DNA from: an uncultured Acidobacteriota bacterium
GTDB lineage: Bacteria > Acidobacteriota > Vicinamibacteria > Fen-336
Length of the DNA: 64,000 nucleotides
Reading direction: 5' to 3'
Assembly: GCA_963720545.1 (NCBI GenBank)
Contig: OY970399.1
Span: 64,001-128,000, forward strand
The notes beneath the pieces were generated by a model, which did not search any database, had not been told where the DNA came from, and saw only the letters and a program-made list of their open reading frames with translations. The translations under genes and the position numbers were made by a program. Below are positions 20,206-30,102 of the stretch, in pieces. The number at the start of each line of letters is the position of its first letter. Position 1 is the first letter of the stretch.

Positions 20206-20280
20206 GAGGGATCTCTGACGAAGAAGGGTCCTCTTTGCGATCGGACCCGCCCTGTCACTCGCGCGGCGTACCTTTGCTGC

Positions 20281-21138
20281 ATGGGACACGGGTGCGATCT
20301 GAAGGCGTTGAAAGACGGAGAATTGCGGCGGCGGCTGGTCGCGGCCATCGAATCGTCGCGCGGAACCGAGGCTGGCGTGGTCGCGTGCATCGCCGAGTTC
20401 GATAAACGCAAGCTCTACGCACGCGATGCCTCACCGTCGATGTTCGCCTGGTGTCGTGAGGTGTTGCATTTGTCCGAGGCTGAGGCTTACCTGCGAATCC
20501 GCGCGGCGCGGGCCTCGCGGAAGTATCCGGTCATTCTGAAGATGCTCGCGGATGGACGGCTGCATCTCAGTGCGATCGAAAAGATCGCGCCGTACCTTGA
20601 TAAGGATGGCGCCACGTCGTTGCTGGCGCGAGCGTCTCACCGCTCGAAGCTCGAGATCCAGCAGCTCATCGCCGGGATCGCGCCGCGGCCGGATGTGAAG
20701 CAGTCGTTGCGGCGGTTGCCAGAGGCGCCGGGTGCGACGTCGCCGCCGGCTTCTTTGCTTGATCAAAAGCTGCTGAACGGCGGCATGTCCAGTCCAGTGA
20801 CTACAGTTGGCCGCCTGGTCGATCCGGAGCCGACGGCGGGCGGTCGAGGATCAGGCCTGCTTGCGACGTCAGGAACGAGAACCGCGGCCCCGGCAACCAC
20901 AACCGCAACTGCGGAACCGGCGGGCGCGCTATTCAGCCGTGAGCACGTTGCGGCAGAACCGAATGCGACACCAACGGCTCTGGCGGCGCGCGTCGTGGCA
21001 AGTCGTGGACTGCGTCCGGACGCAGTCGAGCCCCTGTCACCAGGTCGCTACGCGCTGCACCTCACTCTCGATGCGGACCAGCATGCCAGGCTGCAGCGGC
21101 TGCGCGCGCTTACAGGAGGCGTCGATCTGGCGGAGTGA
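20281..21138 (+). CDS. DUF222-like N-terminal part of an HNH endonuclease locus
   Basis: IAEFDKRKLY..ASPSMFAWC..LHLSEAEAYLRI.AAR...P.IL.ML.DGRLHLS; low-complexity linker; VEPLSPGRY..LTL. Continues in 21135..21668. Confidence 0.75.
   Translation: MGHGCDLKALKDGELRRRLVAAIESSRGTEAGVVACIAEFDKRKLYARDASPSMFAWCREVLHLSEAEAYLRIRAARASRKYPVILKMLADGRLHLSAIEKIAPYLDKDGATSLLARASHRSKLEIQQLIAGIAPRPDVKQSLRRLPEAPGATSPPASLLDQKLLNGGMSSPVTTVGRLVDPEPTAGGRGSGLLATSGTRTAAPATTTATAEPAGALFSREHVAAEPNATPTALAARVVASRGLRPDAVEPLSPGRYALHLTLDADQHARLQRLRALTGGVDLAE
21008..21027. repeat. Perfect 20-bp palindrome GACTGCGTCC|GGACGCAGTC inside the HNH locus
   Basis: Read directly; encodes GLRPDAV; shares an 18-bp core (one mismatch) with 20020-20043. 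Confidence 0.85.
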
Positions 21139-21668
21139 TCGATGGTGCCGTGACCAAGGCACTGGAGCAAATCGATGCGCGGCGCTTCGGCAAGATCAAG
21201 CCGAGAGTCAGGGCGCGCGGGACGTCGCGCGCGAAGGCGCTTGTGAATTCGGATTCGCCCGTCGAGATCTGTGCAATCGACGTGGACAGCAAGCGTCAGT
21301 CGCTGCCGGTGGTCCGAGCACAAATGCGAACGGCCGCCGCCGGTGACTCGCAAGGGCCGGGTGCGAGGAGCGCCGCAAGCGCAGGTGGGGCCGTCGAAAC
21401 GCGTGGAGGAGCGTCGCGCCATATTCCTGCGGCCGTGAGGAGGGCTGTGGCAGAGCGCGACGGCAACCAGTGCCGGTTCGTGTCTATAGCCGGGCGGCGC
21501 TGCACGGCTCGAGAATGCCTCGAGTTTCATCACCGGCACCCGTTCGCGTTCGGCGGTACGCACCACCCGGACAACCTGCGCCTGATGTGCCGCACCCACA
21601 ACATGTTGCTGGCCGAGGCCGACTATGGGAAGAAGGCGATGGCGAAGTTCCAGACGGCGGACGGTTGA
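21135..21668 (+). CDS. HNH endonuclease domain (C-terminal part; probable -1 frameshift or GTGA-coupled ORF)
   Basis: SRHIPAAVRRAV.ERDGNQC......RRC.....LEFHH..PFA.GG....DNLRLMCRTHN, an McrA/HNHc-type motif. Confidence 0.88.
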   Translation: MIDGAVTKALEQIDARRFGKIKPRVRARGTSRAKALVNSDSPVEICAIDVDSKRQSLPVVRAQMRTAAAGDSQGPGARSAASAGGAVETRGGASRHIPAAVRRAVAERDGNQCRFVSIAGRRCTARECLEFHHRHPFAFGGTHHPDNLRLMCRTHNMLLAEADYGKKAMAKFQTADG

Positions 21669-21978
21669 AGATGTGGTGAGGAGATGCTCGGTGAAGATGC
21701 CGCGAGCGTGCGCCAACTCGCCGCAAGCGGTTGTGTGGACGATAACGCTCGCTGGTCCTGTCGCTGCGAGCTACAACGGCGATCCCAATGGTGGATGGCA
21801 GGATGCTGCGAGCGGACGGGTCGACTGTGCAGCGACGACGGTGCAGGGAAGACGGTGCAGGGAAGATGGATCCGGATGATGCAGCGCGAGGGTGCTTGAG
21901 GACGGTGTCACGGTCAGGAGAGTCTCGACTTGTAGCTGAGAAGCGGGTGTACTGCCTGATAGAGTCGCGTCGGATTCG

Positions 21979-22919
21979 ATGAGCAACCTGGTGGTCGATC
22001 CGCAGGCCGAGCTTTCCGTCAGTGAGCCAGAGCGCGCGCCCGTGTTCGAGGCGCTGCCCGGCAGGGTGACGGATCTTGGCGGACTTGCGATTCGCCGGTT
22101 GTTGCCGCGCGCGAAGCGGCGTCTCGTTGGTCCGTGGTGCTTTCTCGACTCGTATGGGCCGCTGACCTTTTCCTCCGGCAAGCCGATGGACGTGGCGCCA
22201 CACCCGCATATCGGGCTGCAGACGGTGTCGTGGCTGCTCGACGGCGAGGTGTTGCACAACGACAGCCTGGGCAGCACCGGCCTGGCGAAACCCGGAGTGG
22301 TCAACCTGATGACCGCTGGTCGCGGCATTACGCATGCGGAGGAGACGCCGCAGCCCTCGAGCGGCTCGCTGCGCGGCGTGCAATTGTGGGTGGCGCTGCC
22401 GGGTCGGCACCGGGAGACGGCGCCGGCGTTCGAGCAGGTCGAGGCCCCGACGCTCGAATCGGCGGTGGGTCGGTGCGGGTGCTGATGGGGGAACTGTCGG
22501 GGGTGGCATCGCCAGCCCGGGTATTCTCGCCGCTGGTTGCCGCGATGTTGTCCGCGCCAGCGAGCGGGGCCGTCACAGTGCCTCTCGACGTCGCGTTCGA
22601 GCACGCCCTCATCCCGCTCTCTGGGAGCGTGCGCTTCGGCGACGACCCTCTTGCGGTGGACACGCTCTACTACCTGGGCTGCGCGCGCGGCGAGCTGCGG
22701 CTCGATTACGACAGCGCCGGCGACGTGCTGCTGCTTGGCGGCGCACCCTTCGGCGAAGACATCCTGATGTGGTGGAACTTCGTTGCGCGCACCACCGAAG
22801 AGATCGTGGCCGCGCGCGAAGACTGGGAAGCGCAGCGCCGCTTCGGCCCGGTCGCTGCCTACCGCGGCGAGCGCCTGGTCGCGCCGCCGTTCCTCGCGCG
22901 ACCCGTCCCGCGCAGGTGA
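21979..22919 (+). pseudogene. Pirin family protein with one frameshift at ~22458 (possibly a sequencing error)
   Basis: RRLVGPWCFLD, PHPHIGLQTVSWL, HNDSLG, MTAGRGITHAE, QLWVALP. Pirin_C (LLLGGAPF...MWWNFV) lies in the other frame; adding one A (GAA ATC) joins them. Confidence 0.9.
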
Positions 22920-23070
22920 CGGCAACGGCCGAGGTGACAGCAGCGGCGCCGTGCCGCCGAGCCGCCACTGCTCGGTCCCCTCGAGCCGCCACTCGGTGAA
23001 TTGGACGCGAGTCGCCATCGCGAAGTGGATCCGCGCCGCCGGCGGGTGACCGCGAGTGCCTCAGGGTGGC

Positions 23071-23967
23071 ATGGACGATAATGCGCGCCGCTCGCACGGC
23101 GCCGCCCTTCACTACAGTGAAAAGAGGCCGGCGCGCGGCCTGCGCGGCGTCATCGAATGTGTGTGGGAGGTCAGCGCGCGCGACCGAGCGGCTGGGCGCA
23201 GCATCGAACGCGTCGTGCCCGATGGCTGCCCCGAGCTGATCGTCCACCTCGGCGATCCGTTCTCCCGCCAGACCGGCGGCCGCTGGAAGAAGCAGCCGCG
23301 CGCGTTTCTCGTGGGAGCACTATCGCGGCCATGGCTCCTGCGGCCCGGCCGGCGAGTTCACACACTGGGCATGAGGTTTCGGCCAGGCGCGGTCACTGCG
23401 CTGCTTCGCATCGATATGGCGACGGCAACCGATCGGGAAGTGGCTCTGCACCGCCTCGTGCCACTTGCCGAAGCGCGCGCTCTAATTTCACGGCTCGCGA
23501 GTGTCGGAAACGAAGGCGTAGGGCGAGGTGCCAGGGAGCGGGCGGCGATCGCCTTCGAGTGGCTGCTCGAGAAGCTGGCGCGGACGGATGGCAGCTCGGC
23601 GCCCAGCGCGGCCCTCGAGTTCGTGCGGAAGAGCCGTGGCCAGGCGAGGGTCCGCGAGGTGGCGGCCGCGGTTGGCTGGACGCAGCGCAAGCTGGAGCGT
23701 TCGTTCAGGAAGCATGTCGGAATCGGACCCAAGCTCTACGCGCGGATCGTGCGCCTCAATGCCGTGCTCGCCACCCTCGACGCGCGTGAACGCGACGCTG
23801 CCGTCGACCTCGCACTCGACGCGGGCTACTTCGACCAGGCCCACTTGCTGCGCGAGTTCCGTGCGCTCGCTGGCCGCACGCCGCGCGCCGGACGCCATCA
23901 GGACGGCGAAATGGCGCGGCATTTCACCAGGCCGGAGCGGCTGCGGGCGCTGCTCGTGGGAGAGTGA
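23071..23967 (+). CDS. AraC family transcriptional regulator
   Basis: N-terminal VVPDGCPELI; C-terminal RKLERSFRKHVGIGPK..ARIVR and AGYFDQAHLLREFR..AG.TP. Confidence 0.92.
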   Translation: MDDNARRSHGAALHYSEKRPARGLRGVIECVWEVSARDRAAGRSIERVVPDGCPELIVHLGDPFSRQTGGRWKKQPRAFLVGALSRPWLLRPGRRVHTLGMRFRPGAVTALLRIDMATATDREVALHRLVPLAEARALISRLASVGNEGVGRGARERAAIAFEWLLEKLARTDGSSAPSAALEFVRKSRGQARVREVAAAVGWTQRKLERSFRKHVGIGPKLYARIVRLNAVLATLDARERDAAVDLALDAGYFDQAHLLREFRALAGRTPRAGRHQDGEMARHFTRPERLRALLVGE

Positions 23968-24099
23968 GGCGCGCAGCGGCTGCGGGCGCTGCCGAGCGAG
24001 AGAAAGCCGCAAGCGGTGCGCGCGGGCGGTGTCGCATTCGTCCAATCGCGACGATGCGCCGCTCCCTTAGAGTGCCGGCGGCGGAGAAAGGAATGCACG

Positions 24100-24690
24100 A
24101 TGCGACCGCAAATTGGGGTCCTGGTACTGGCCACGTCGTTGGGCATGGGGGCGGCCGTGGTGAATGCTCGAGGGGTTACCTCCGCCAGTGCGGTGGCGAG
24201 CGTCGACGGACGGGCGAACACAGGAGCGTTGAGCGCCAGAGCATTGGCGGGTATCGACGGTGAGGCGGACGGCGGAGGTCAGAGGTCTGCTGACGGCCCC
24301 GGCGCGAGCAACCTCGGGTGGCTCTCGGGGTGCTGGGGCAGCGAGAAGGATGGCGTGCAGACCGAAGAGTGCTGGACCGCGGTGCGCGGCGGCGCGCTGC
24401 TCGGCAGCCACAGCGACGTGAAGGAGGGCCGCATGGTGTCGTGGGAGTTCTTCCGCGTCGACACCACCGCCGATGGCACCTTCTATTTCGCGAGCCCGCA
24501 ATCACGCACGCCGGTGCCGTTCAGGATGGTGGAGAACACCGACAGGAAGGTCGTTTTCGAGAACAATGCTCACGACTTCCCGCAGCGCATCCTCTACTGG
24601 GTCGACGAGAAGGGCGCCCTGCACGCACGCGTCGAAGGCCCGATGGACGGCAAGGAAGCGTCCGAAGAATGGGTCTGGAACCGCCGCTAG
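24100..24690 (+). CDS. Secreted conserved protein (DUF6265-like)
   Basis: AAAGGA RBS; signal peptide; LGWLSGCW..EECW, VVFEN.AHDFPQRI.Y. Confidence 0.8.
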   Translation: MRPQIGVLVLATSLGMGAAVVNARGVTSASAVASVDGRANTGALSARALAGIDGEADGGGQRSADGPGASNLGWLSGCWGSEKDGVQTEECWTAVRGGALLGSHSDVKEGRMVSWEFFRVDTTADGTFYFASPQSRTPVPFRMVENTDRKVVFENNAHDFPQRILYWVDEKGALHARVEGPMDGKEASEEWVWNRR

Positions 24691-24904
24691 CTGCTTGACA
24701 CTCCGCAAGCCACTGTGCGGCTGTTGAAACGGCGGTAGGCCGCGGCCTGCACGAAAAAGCGATGCCCGCGACCTGGGCTGAACCACCTGCAATGGTGTCG
24801 ATCAGCGTTGCGCCGGTGGGTTCGGGCGGCGATGGGTTTCGAATGTACCAACGCTGTCGGCGGAGAAACCCTACGCTGGCTGTCAGGGAGCTCTCGAAGA
24901 CACG

Positions 24905-27349
24905 ATGGAAGAACTGCTCAAGAACGTCCGCTATGCGGTACGCAGCCTGGTGGCGAACCCCGGGTTCGCGCTCATCGCCATACTCACGCTGGGCCTGGGG
25001 ATCGGCGCCAACGCCGCGATCTTCAGTGTCATCAGCGGCGTGCTCCTGAAGCCGCTGCCTTATGAAAAGGGCGACGACCTCGTCGTCATCCGGCAGTCGA
25101 CGCGCATCGAGGGCCAGGAAGATCCCGGCATCGCGGTCAACGAGTTCTACGATTACCGCGACCAGTCGCAGGACTTCTCGAGCCTCGTCGAATACCACCA
25201 GATGTCCTTCGACCTGCTCGAGCGCGGCGAGCCCGACCGGGTCAGCACCGGCGTCGTCTCGCACGATTTCTTCGACACCCTCGGCATCAAGCCGATCCTC
25301 GGCCGTTCGTTCGCCGCCGGCGACGACCTGCCGGGCGCCGAGGCGGTGCTGATCCTGAGCAACAAGTACTGGCGCGAGCGCTTCGGCGGCGAAGCGAAGA
25401 TCGTCGGCGAGGTGTTCCAGATGAACGACCGGCCGCACCGCGTGGTCGGCGTCCTGCCCGACGTGCCGATGTATCCGAACGACAACGACGTGTACATGTC
25501 GGTCTCGGCGTGTCCGTTCCGCGCCCGCGCCGAAAGCGGCCGCCTGCAGAACCGCCGCGCGTTCGCCATCCTCAACGTCTTCGGCCGCCTCAAGCCAGGC
25601 GTGAGCCGCAAGGCGGCCGACGCCGGCGTCGGCGCCATCTGCCACCGCTTCGCCGGCGACGACCGGAGCGTCTACCCGGCAAACGCCGGCTTCGAGGTGG
25701 CGGCGGCCAACATCCGCGAAGAGCTGACGCGCGATGCGCGGCCGATGCTGCTGATCCTGCTCGGCACCACCGGCCTCATCCTGCTGCTGGCCTGCGCCAA
25801 CGTCGCGAACCTGACGCTCGCGCGGCTGCTGCGCCGCGAGCGTGAGCTGGCGCTGCGCGCCGCGCTCGGCGCCGACCGTGGCCGGCTGATCCGCCAGCTG
25901 CTGACCGAAAGCTCCATCCTGTCGCTCGCCGGCGGCGTGGTCGGCATCGGCTTCGCCTGGACCACGGTGGGCCTGCTCACCGACTTCGTCGCGCGCTTCA
26001 CGGCGCGCACCGGCGAGGTCGGCATCGACTGGCGGGTGCTGGCGTTCACGCTCGTGATCTCGGTCGGCACCGGCCTGCTGTTCGGCACGGTGCCGGCGCT
26101 CTCGTCGCGCGCCGACCTCGCGAACTCGATGAAGCAGGGCAGCAAAGGCTCGGGCGAGTCGCCGCGCCGGCGCAAGCTGCAGAACGCGCTGATCGTGGCG
26201 CAGGTGGCGGTGTCGGTGGTGCTGCTGGTGGGCGCCGGGCTGCTGCTCACGAGCTTCTACCGGCTGCAGCGAACGAACGCAGGCTATTCGCCCGAACGCG
26301 TGCTCTCCGCCGAAGCCTTCACCAATTTCTCGAAGTACCCGAACGCCGACGCGCAGATCGCGTTCTACTCGCCGCTCCTCGAGCGACTGCAGGCCGCGCC
26401 CGGCGTCGTCTCGGCGGCCATCACCAACGCCGTGCCGCTCAGCACCAGCACGCCGGGGCAGGTGTCGTTCGACATCGAGGGCCAGGTCGAGCCGGACGTG
26501 AACCGCAAGCCGACGATGGACCTGCGGGTCGCCTCGCCGCTCTTCTTCGATACGCTCGGCATCAAGCGCCTCGCGGGCCGGGTGTTCAGCGACGCCGACG
26601 ACAAGCGCGCGCCGCTGGTGGTAGTGATCAACCAGTCGATGGCAAATCGTTTCTGGAAGGGCAAGGACCCGGTCGGCTCGCGCATCACCGGCGACAACGG
26701 CCAGACCTGGGCAACGGTGGTGGGCGTGGTTGGCGACGTGAAGCAATTCGGCCTGGAGCGCGACGCCATCGCCCAGGTGTACGAGCCGCTGAAGCAGACG
26801 GCGTCGGGCCTCGGGGGGCGGATCCTGGTGCGCACCGTCGGCGATCCGGCGGGCGCAACCCAGGCGGTGCGTGCGGCGGTACGCGCGGTGGACCCGTCGA
26901 TGCCGATCGAGAACGTCGGCACGCTCGAAGAACTGCGCGACAAGAACCTCGCGACGCCGCGGCTCACGGCGGCGCTGCTTTTGGTGTTCGCCGCGCTGGC
27001 GCTGTTCGTGACCATGGCCGGCATCACCGGCGTCATCGCCACCTCCGTATCGCAGAGGACCCAGGAGTTCGGCATGCGCATGGCGCTAGGCGCGCGCCGC
27101 GATGCGGTGCTGAGGATGGTGGTGGGACAGGGCCTGATGCTGGTCGGCGCGGGTGTCGCGGCGGGCCTCGTGGCTGCGGCGCTCGCGACGCGGGTGCTGT
27201 CGTCCTACCTCTACGACACGCGCGCCACCGATCCGCTCACGCTCGCGGCGGTGATCACGTCGCTGTTCCTCTGCGGCATCGCCGCGTGCATCGGCCCGGC
27301 ATGGCGGGCCACGACCGTGGACCCGATGGTGGCCCTTCGGAGCGAGTAG
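24905..27349 (+). CDS. ADOP-type duplicated MacB-like ABC permease
   Basis: RYAVRSL..NPGF..IAILTLGLGIGANAAIFSV, LLLACANVANL, RQLLTES, VSQRTQEFGMRMALGA, PAWRATTVDPMVALRSE. Confidence 0.95.
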   Translation: MEELLKNVRYAVRSLVANPGFALIAILTLGLGIGANAAIFSVISGVLLKPLPYEKGDDLVVIRQSTRIEGQEDPGIAVNEFYDYRDQSQDFSSLVEYHQMSFDLLERGEPDRVSTGVVSHDFFDTLGIKPILGRSFAAGDDLPGAEAVLILSNKYWRERFGGEAKIVGEVFQMNDRPHRVVGVLPDVPMYPNDNDVYMSVSACPFRARAESGRLQNRRAFAILNVFGRLKPGVSRKAADAGVGAICHRFAGDDRSVYPANAGFEVAAANIREELTRDARPMLLILLGTTGLILLLACANVANLTLARLLRRERELALRAALGADRGRLIRQLLTESSILSLAGGVVGIGFAWTTVGLLTDFVARFTARTGEVGIDWRVLAFTLVISVGTGLLFGTVPALSSRADLANSMKQGSKGSGESPRRRKLQNALIVAQVAVSVVLLVGAGLLLTSFYRLQRTNAGYSPERVLSAEAFTNFSKYPNADAQIAFYSPLLERLQAAPGVVSAAITNAVPLSTSTPGQVSFDIEGQVEPDVNRKPTMDLRVASPLFFDTLGIKRLAGRVFSDADDKRAPLVVVINQSMANRFWKGKDPVGSRITGDNGQTWATVVGVVGDVKQFGLERDAIAQVYEPLKQTASGLGGRILVRTVGDPAGATQAVRAAVRAVDPSMPIENVGTLEELRDKNLATPRLTAALLLVFAALALFVTMAGITGVIATSVSQRTQEFGMRMALGARRDAVLRMVVGQGLMLVGAGVAAGLVAAALATRVLSSYLYDTRATDPLTLAAVITSLFLCGIAACIGPAWRATTVDPMVALRSE

Positions 27350-28696
27350 CTACTCTGGCGGCGCCTCGAAGGTCGTCGTGTTTCGCGTGAAGCCGCGGGT
27401 GCGGATGGCGCCGTAAATGATGCCGGCAAGCAGCCAGGCGCCGCCGGCGAGCTTGGCGATCGGCCGCAGGCTCCACCACAAGTAGGCGCACACGGCGAAG
27501 CCGACGAGCGGCAGCACGAAGTTGTGCCACTTGCGCTCGTCGCTGCGCAGCCAGTAGCGCGCGAACGCCGCGAGGTTGACGCCGGCAAAGGCGATGAAGG
27601 CGCCGAAGTTCAGCATCTCGGCGCCCAGCTGGAAGCTCAGCAGGAAGCCGCCGATGAGTGCCAGCACGCCGATGAAGATGACGTTGTTGCGCGGGATGTT
27701 GGTGCGCGGGTCGATGTAGCCGAAGAACGAGCGCGGCAGCGCACCGTCGCGGCCCATCCCGTAGAGCAGCCGCGCGGCGCCGAGGTGCGCGCCGGTTCCC
27801 GAGCCGAGGTTCGCAACCAGCATGGCCGTATTCATGATGATGAAGATGATCGGCCCGCCGGCCTTGCCGGCGACATGCACGAACGCGGTGTCGACGTCGG
27901 GGAAGCCCTTCCAGTCGCCCCATACGAGTTGCGCCGCGTACACCTGCAGCACCGCGAGGATGCCGACGATGAAGCAGGTGAGCACGGTGGCGCGCAGCAC
28001 GTTGCGGCGCGGGTTCTCGACCTCCTCGGAGAGCGTCGAGATGCCGTCGAAGCCGATGTAGGTGAGGCAGGCGATGGACGCGCCGGTGAGCACGGTCGGC
28101 AGGGCGAAGGTGGCGGGGTCGTAGAAAGGCCGCAGCAGCGCGGCGCCGTCGAGGTGCGCGCCGAGCAGGTAGCGCAGCGCCGCGGTCAGGAACGTGATCA
28201 CGACCAGCGTGAGGGCGATGCCGATGACCGTGTTGGTGCGCGCGCTGGCCTTCACGCCGCGCAGGTTGAGGAGCGTGAACGTGAGCGCGAAGAACGGCAC
28301 CCAGAAGGCGTACGGCACCCCCGGGAGGAAGTTCATCGCCACCTTGCTGCACAGGATCGTGCAGATGATGGGATTGAGCGCGTAGTCCATCACCATCGAC
28401 CAGCCGGTGACGTAGCCGAGCCCGGGATGCAGTTCGCGGCCGACGTAGGTGAACGCCGAGCCGGCGCTCGGGTAGGCGGCGGCCATGCGGCCGTAGCTCA
28501 TCGCGGTCAGCAGCATCGCGAACATGCCGATGAGGATGGTGGTGACCACGTGGCCGCGGGCTTCCTGGCTGACCACGCCGAAGATGCCCATCGGCGCCGT
28601 CGGCTGGATGAGGACGATGCCGTAGAAGACCAGGTCCCACAGGGTCAGCGTGCGGCGCAGGTGCGGCTGTTGTGCGGCGGTTGCGTCCGCGCTCAC
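27350..28696 (-). CDS. APC family permease (PuuP/PlaP-like)
   Basis: LRRTLTLWDLVFYGI, SYGRMA..YP.AGSAFTY, YIGFDGISTLSEE..NP, ARLLYGMGRDG; about 12 TM segments; 4-bp overlap with the deacetylase gene. Confidence 0.93.
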   Translation of the reverse strand: MSADATAAQQPHLRRTLTLWDLVFYGIVLIQPTAPMGIFGVVSQEARGHVVTTILIGMFAMLLTAMSYGRMAAAYPSAGSAFTYVGRELHPGLGYVTGWSMVMDYALNPIICTILCSKVAMNFLPGVPYAFWVPFFALTFTLLNLRGVKASARTNTVIGIALTLVVITFLTAALRYLLGAHLDGAALLRPFYDPATFALPTVLTGASIACLTYIGFDGISTLSEEVENPRRNVLRATVLTCFIVGILAVLQVYAAQLVWGDWKGFPDVDTAFVHVAGKAGGPIIFIIMNTAMLVANLGSGTGAHLGAARLLYGMGRDGALPRSFFGYIDPRTNIPRNNVIFIGVLALIGGFLLSFQLGAEMLNFGAFIAFAGVNLAAFARYWLRSDERKWHNFVLPLVGFAVCAYLWWSLRPIAKLAGGAWLLAGIIYGAIRTRGFTRNTTTFEAPPE

Positions 28697-30102
28697 TGCG
28701 TGCCGCCGGTGGCCGCCGCGGCTTCGCGCGCGAGGAACCCGTCGATCACGGCACGCGCTCCGGCGCTCGTATAGACGAGGAAAATCTCCTCCGGCCGCGG
28801 GCCGCGCCGCAGGTAGTCGACCTCGGGGGTGCGCGGATAGTCGGAGCGCCGCACGGCGCCCGGCACGTTGCAGGCCGCCTGCTCGGTGGGCGAGAGCCGC
28901 AGGTCGTGCATCGACTCGAGCGCGAACAGCTTCAGGCGGCGCACGTCCTCGGTGAGCGGGTACGAGAACACCGCGTCAACCGCGGGAATCCCCGGCGGTG
29001 GCGGCGGCAGCGAGATCGAGGTCTCGGGCGGGCCATACGGATAGTGGTTGCCGGTGCCGGTCGCGTGGTTCGTGTAGAGCAGGAAGCGGGCGTTGCTGCG
29101 GGCGCCGACTGCCGCAGCCATCGCGGCAACGGCGGCGTACTGGTGGTCGGAGTGGTCGTCGAGCCAGGGATCGGGCATCACCACGACCGCGGGCTTGACC
29201 TTGGCGATGATGGTGCGCAGGTCCTCGACCAGGTTGGCCCAGCTCGACTTGCGCGCCCCCACCGGCAGCAGGCGCGAGACGTTGGCGCGCCGGTAGACGC
29301 CGATGTCGTCGTTCGGCCCGTACAGCTCGGGCACCACGGCGGCCGGCGACTTGTGCATCTCCTTGAGCCGCGCGTCGAAGTAGCCGAGGTTGTAGCAGCG
29401 CTCTGGCGGCACGCCGCCCTGCCACGGCACCGTCACGCTGTCCACAGCGCGCAGCCAGCCCTTGAGGCGGTACTGCGCCGCGGGATCGGCGACGTTGTCC
29501 TTGTAGTTCGCGTCGCCGGCGTTGCCCGACGTGACGGTGACGATGGTCGCGGCCTTGTTCGAGTAGAGGCCGAACGACGCGATCTCGGCGTCGTCCGGGT
29601 GCGCGGCGATCACCAGGATCGGCTTCGTCAGGTCGAGCTTGTTGTCGAACAGGCGCAGCGGCGCGTCGGCCGCGGCGAGCAAGGTTGTGCTGCCGGTGGC
29701 GACCACCTCGACGCTCGCGCCGGGCGTGAGCTGCTTGCGCAGGGAAGAAACGTTGAGCCAGCGCCGGCCCGCGGCGCCGGGCTCGAGGTGTTGGCGCAGC
29801 GAGGCGCCGCCCGCGCGCACGTCGACGAAGGGCGCAGCCTCGTCGAGGGCGCCGATGATGACGCCGAGGAGCGCCGTGTCCCAGGAGCCCGCCTTGTCCG
29901 GCCACGCGAAGCGCACGCCGCCAGGCGCTTCGGCCAGCGCGACCGTGAGCGGCGCTGCGTTGAACCGATAGCCTTCGGCGGCCGCGCCGTCGGCAGCGAG
30001 GGCTTGGGCAGGGAAAGCGAACGATGCCGACGCCAGCAGGACGGCGAACAGCGCGGTGGTTGCCGAGGGTGCGTGTGGCGGGCGACGGGAACTCGAATTC
30101 AC
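28693..30102 (-). CDS. Secreted PIG-L/LmbE family (CE14) N-deacetylase with extra N-terminal domain
   Basis: GTG start overlapping the GH2 stop; signal peptide; AAHPDDAEI and DPWLDDHSDH zinc motifs. Confidence 0.85.
   Translation of the reverse strand: MNSSSRRPPHAPSATTALFAVLLASASFAFPAQALAADGAAAEGYRFNAAPLTVALAEAPGGVRFAWPDKAGSWDTALLGVIIGALDEAAPFVDVRAGGASLRQHLEPGAAGRRWLNVSSLRKQLTPGASVEVVATGSTTLLAAADAPLRLFDNKLDLTKPILVIAAHPDDAEIASFGLYSNKAATIVTVTSGNAGDANYKDNVADPAAQYRLKGWLRAVDSVTVPWQGGVPPERCYNLGYFDARLKEMHKSPAAVVPELYGPNDDIGVYRRANVSRLLPVGARKSSWANLVEDLRTIIAKVKPAVVVMPDPWLDDHSDHQYAAVAAMAAAVGARSNARFLLYTNHATGTGNHYPYGPPETSISLPPPPPGIPAVDAVFSYPLTEDVRRLKLFALESMHDLRLSPTEQAACNVPGAVRRSDYPRTPEVDYLRRGPRPEEIFLVYTSAGARAVIDGFLAREAAAATGGTQ

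Noticed and set aside
22958..22993. 12-bp direct repeat CGAGCCGCCACT x2
   Set aside because: Only two GC-rich copies with no supporting context.
24691..24904. Riboswitch in the leader of the ADOP permease (GGCGATGG near 24828, small hairpins)
   Set aside because: Pairing partners and downstream consensus are missing; short GC stems are expected by chance.
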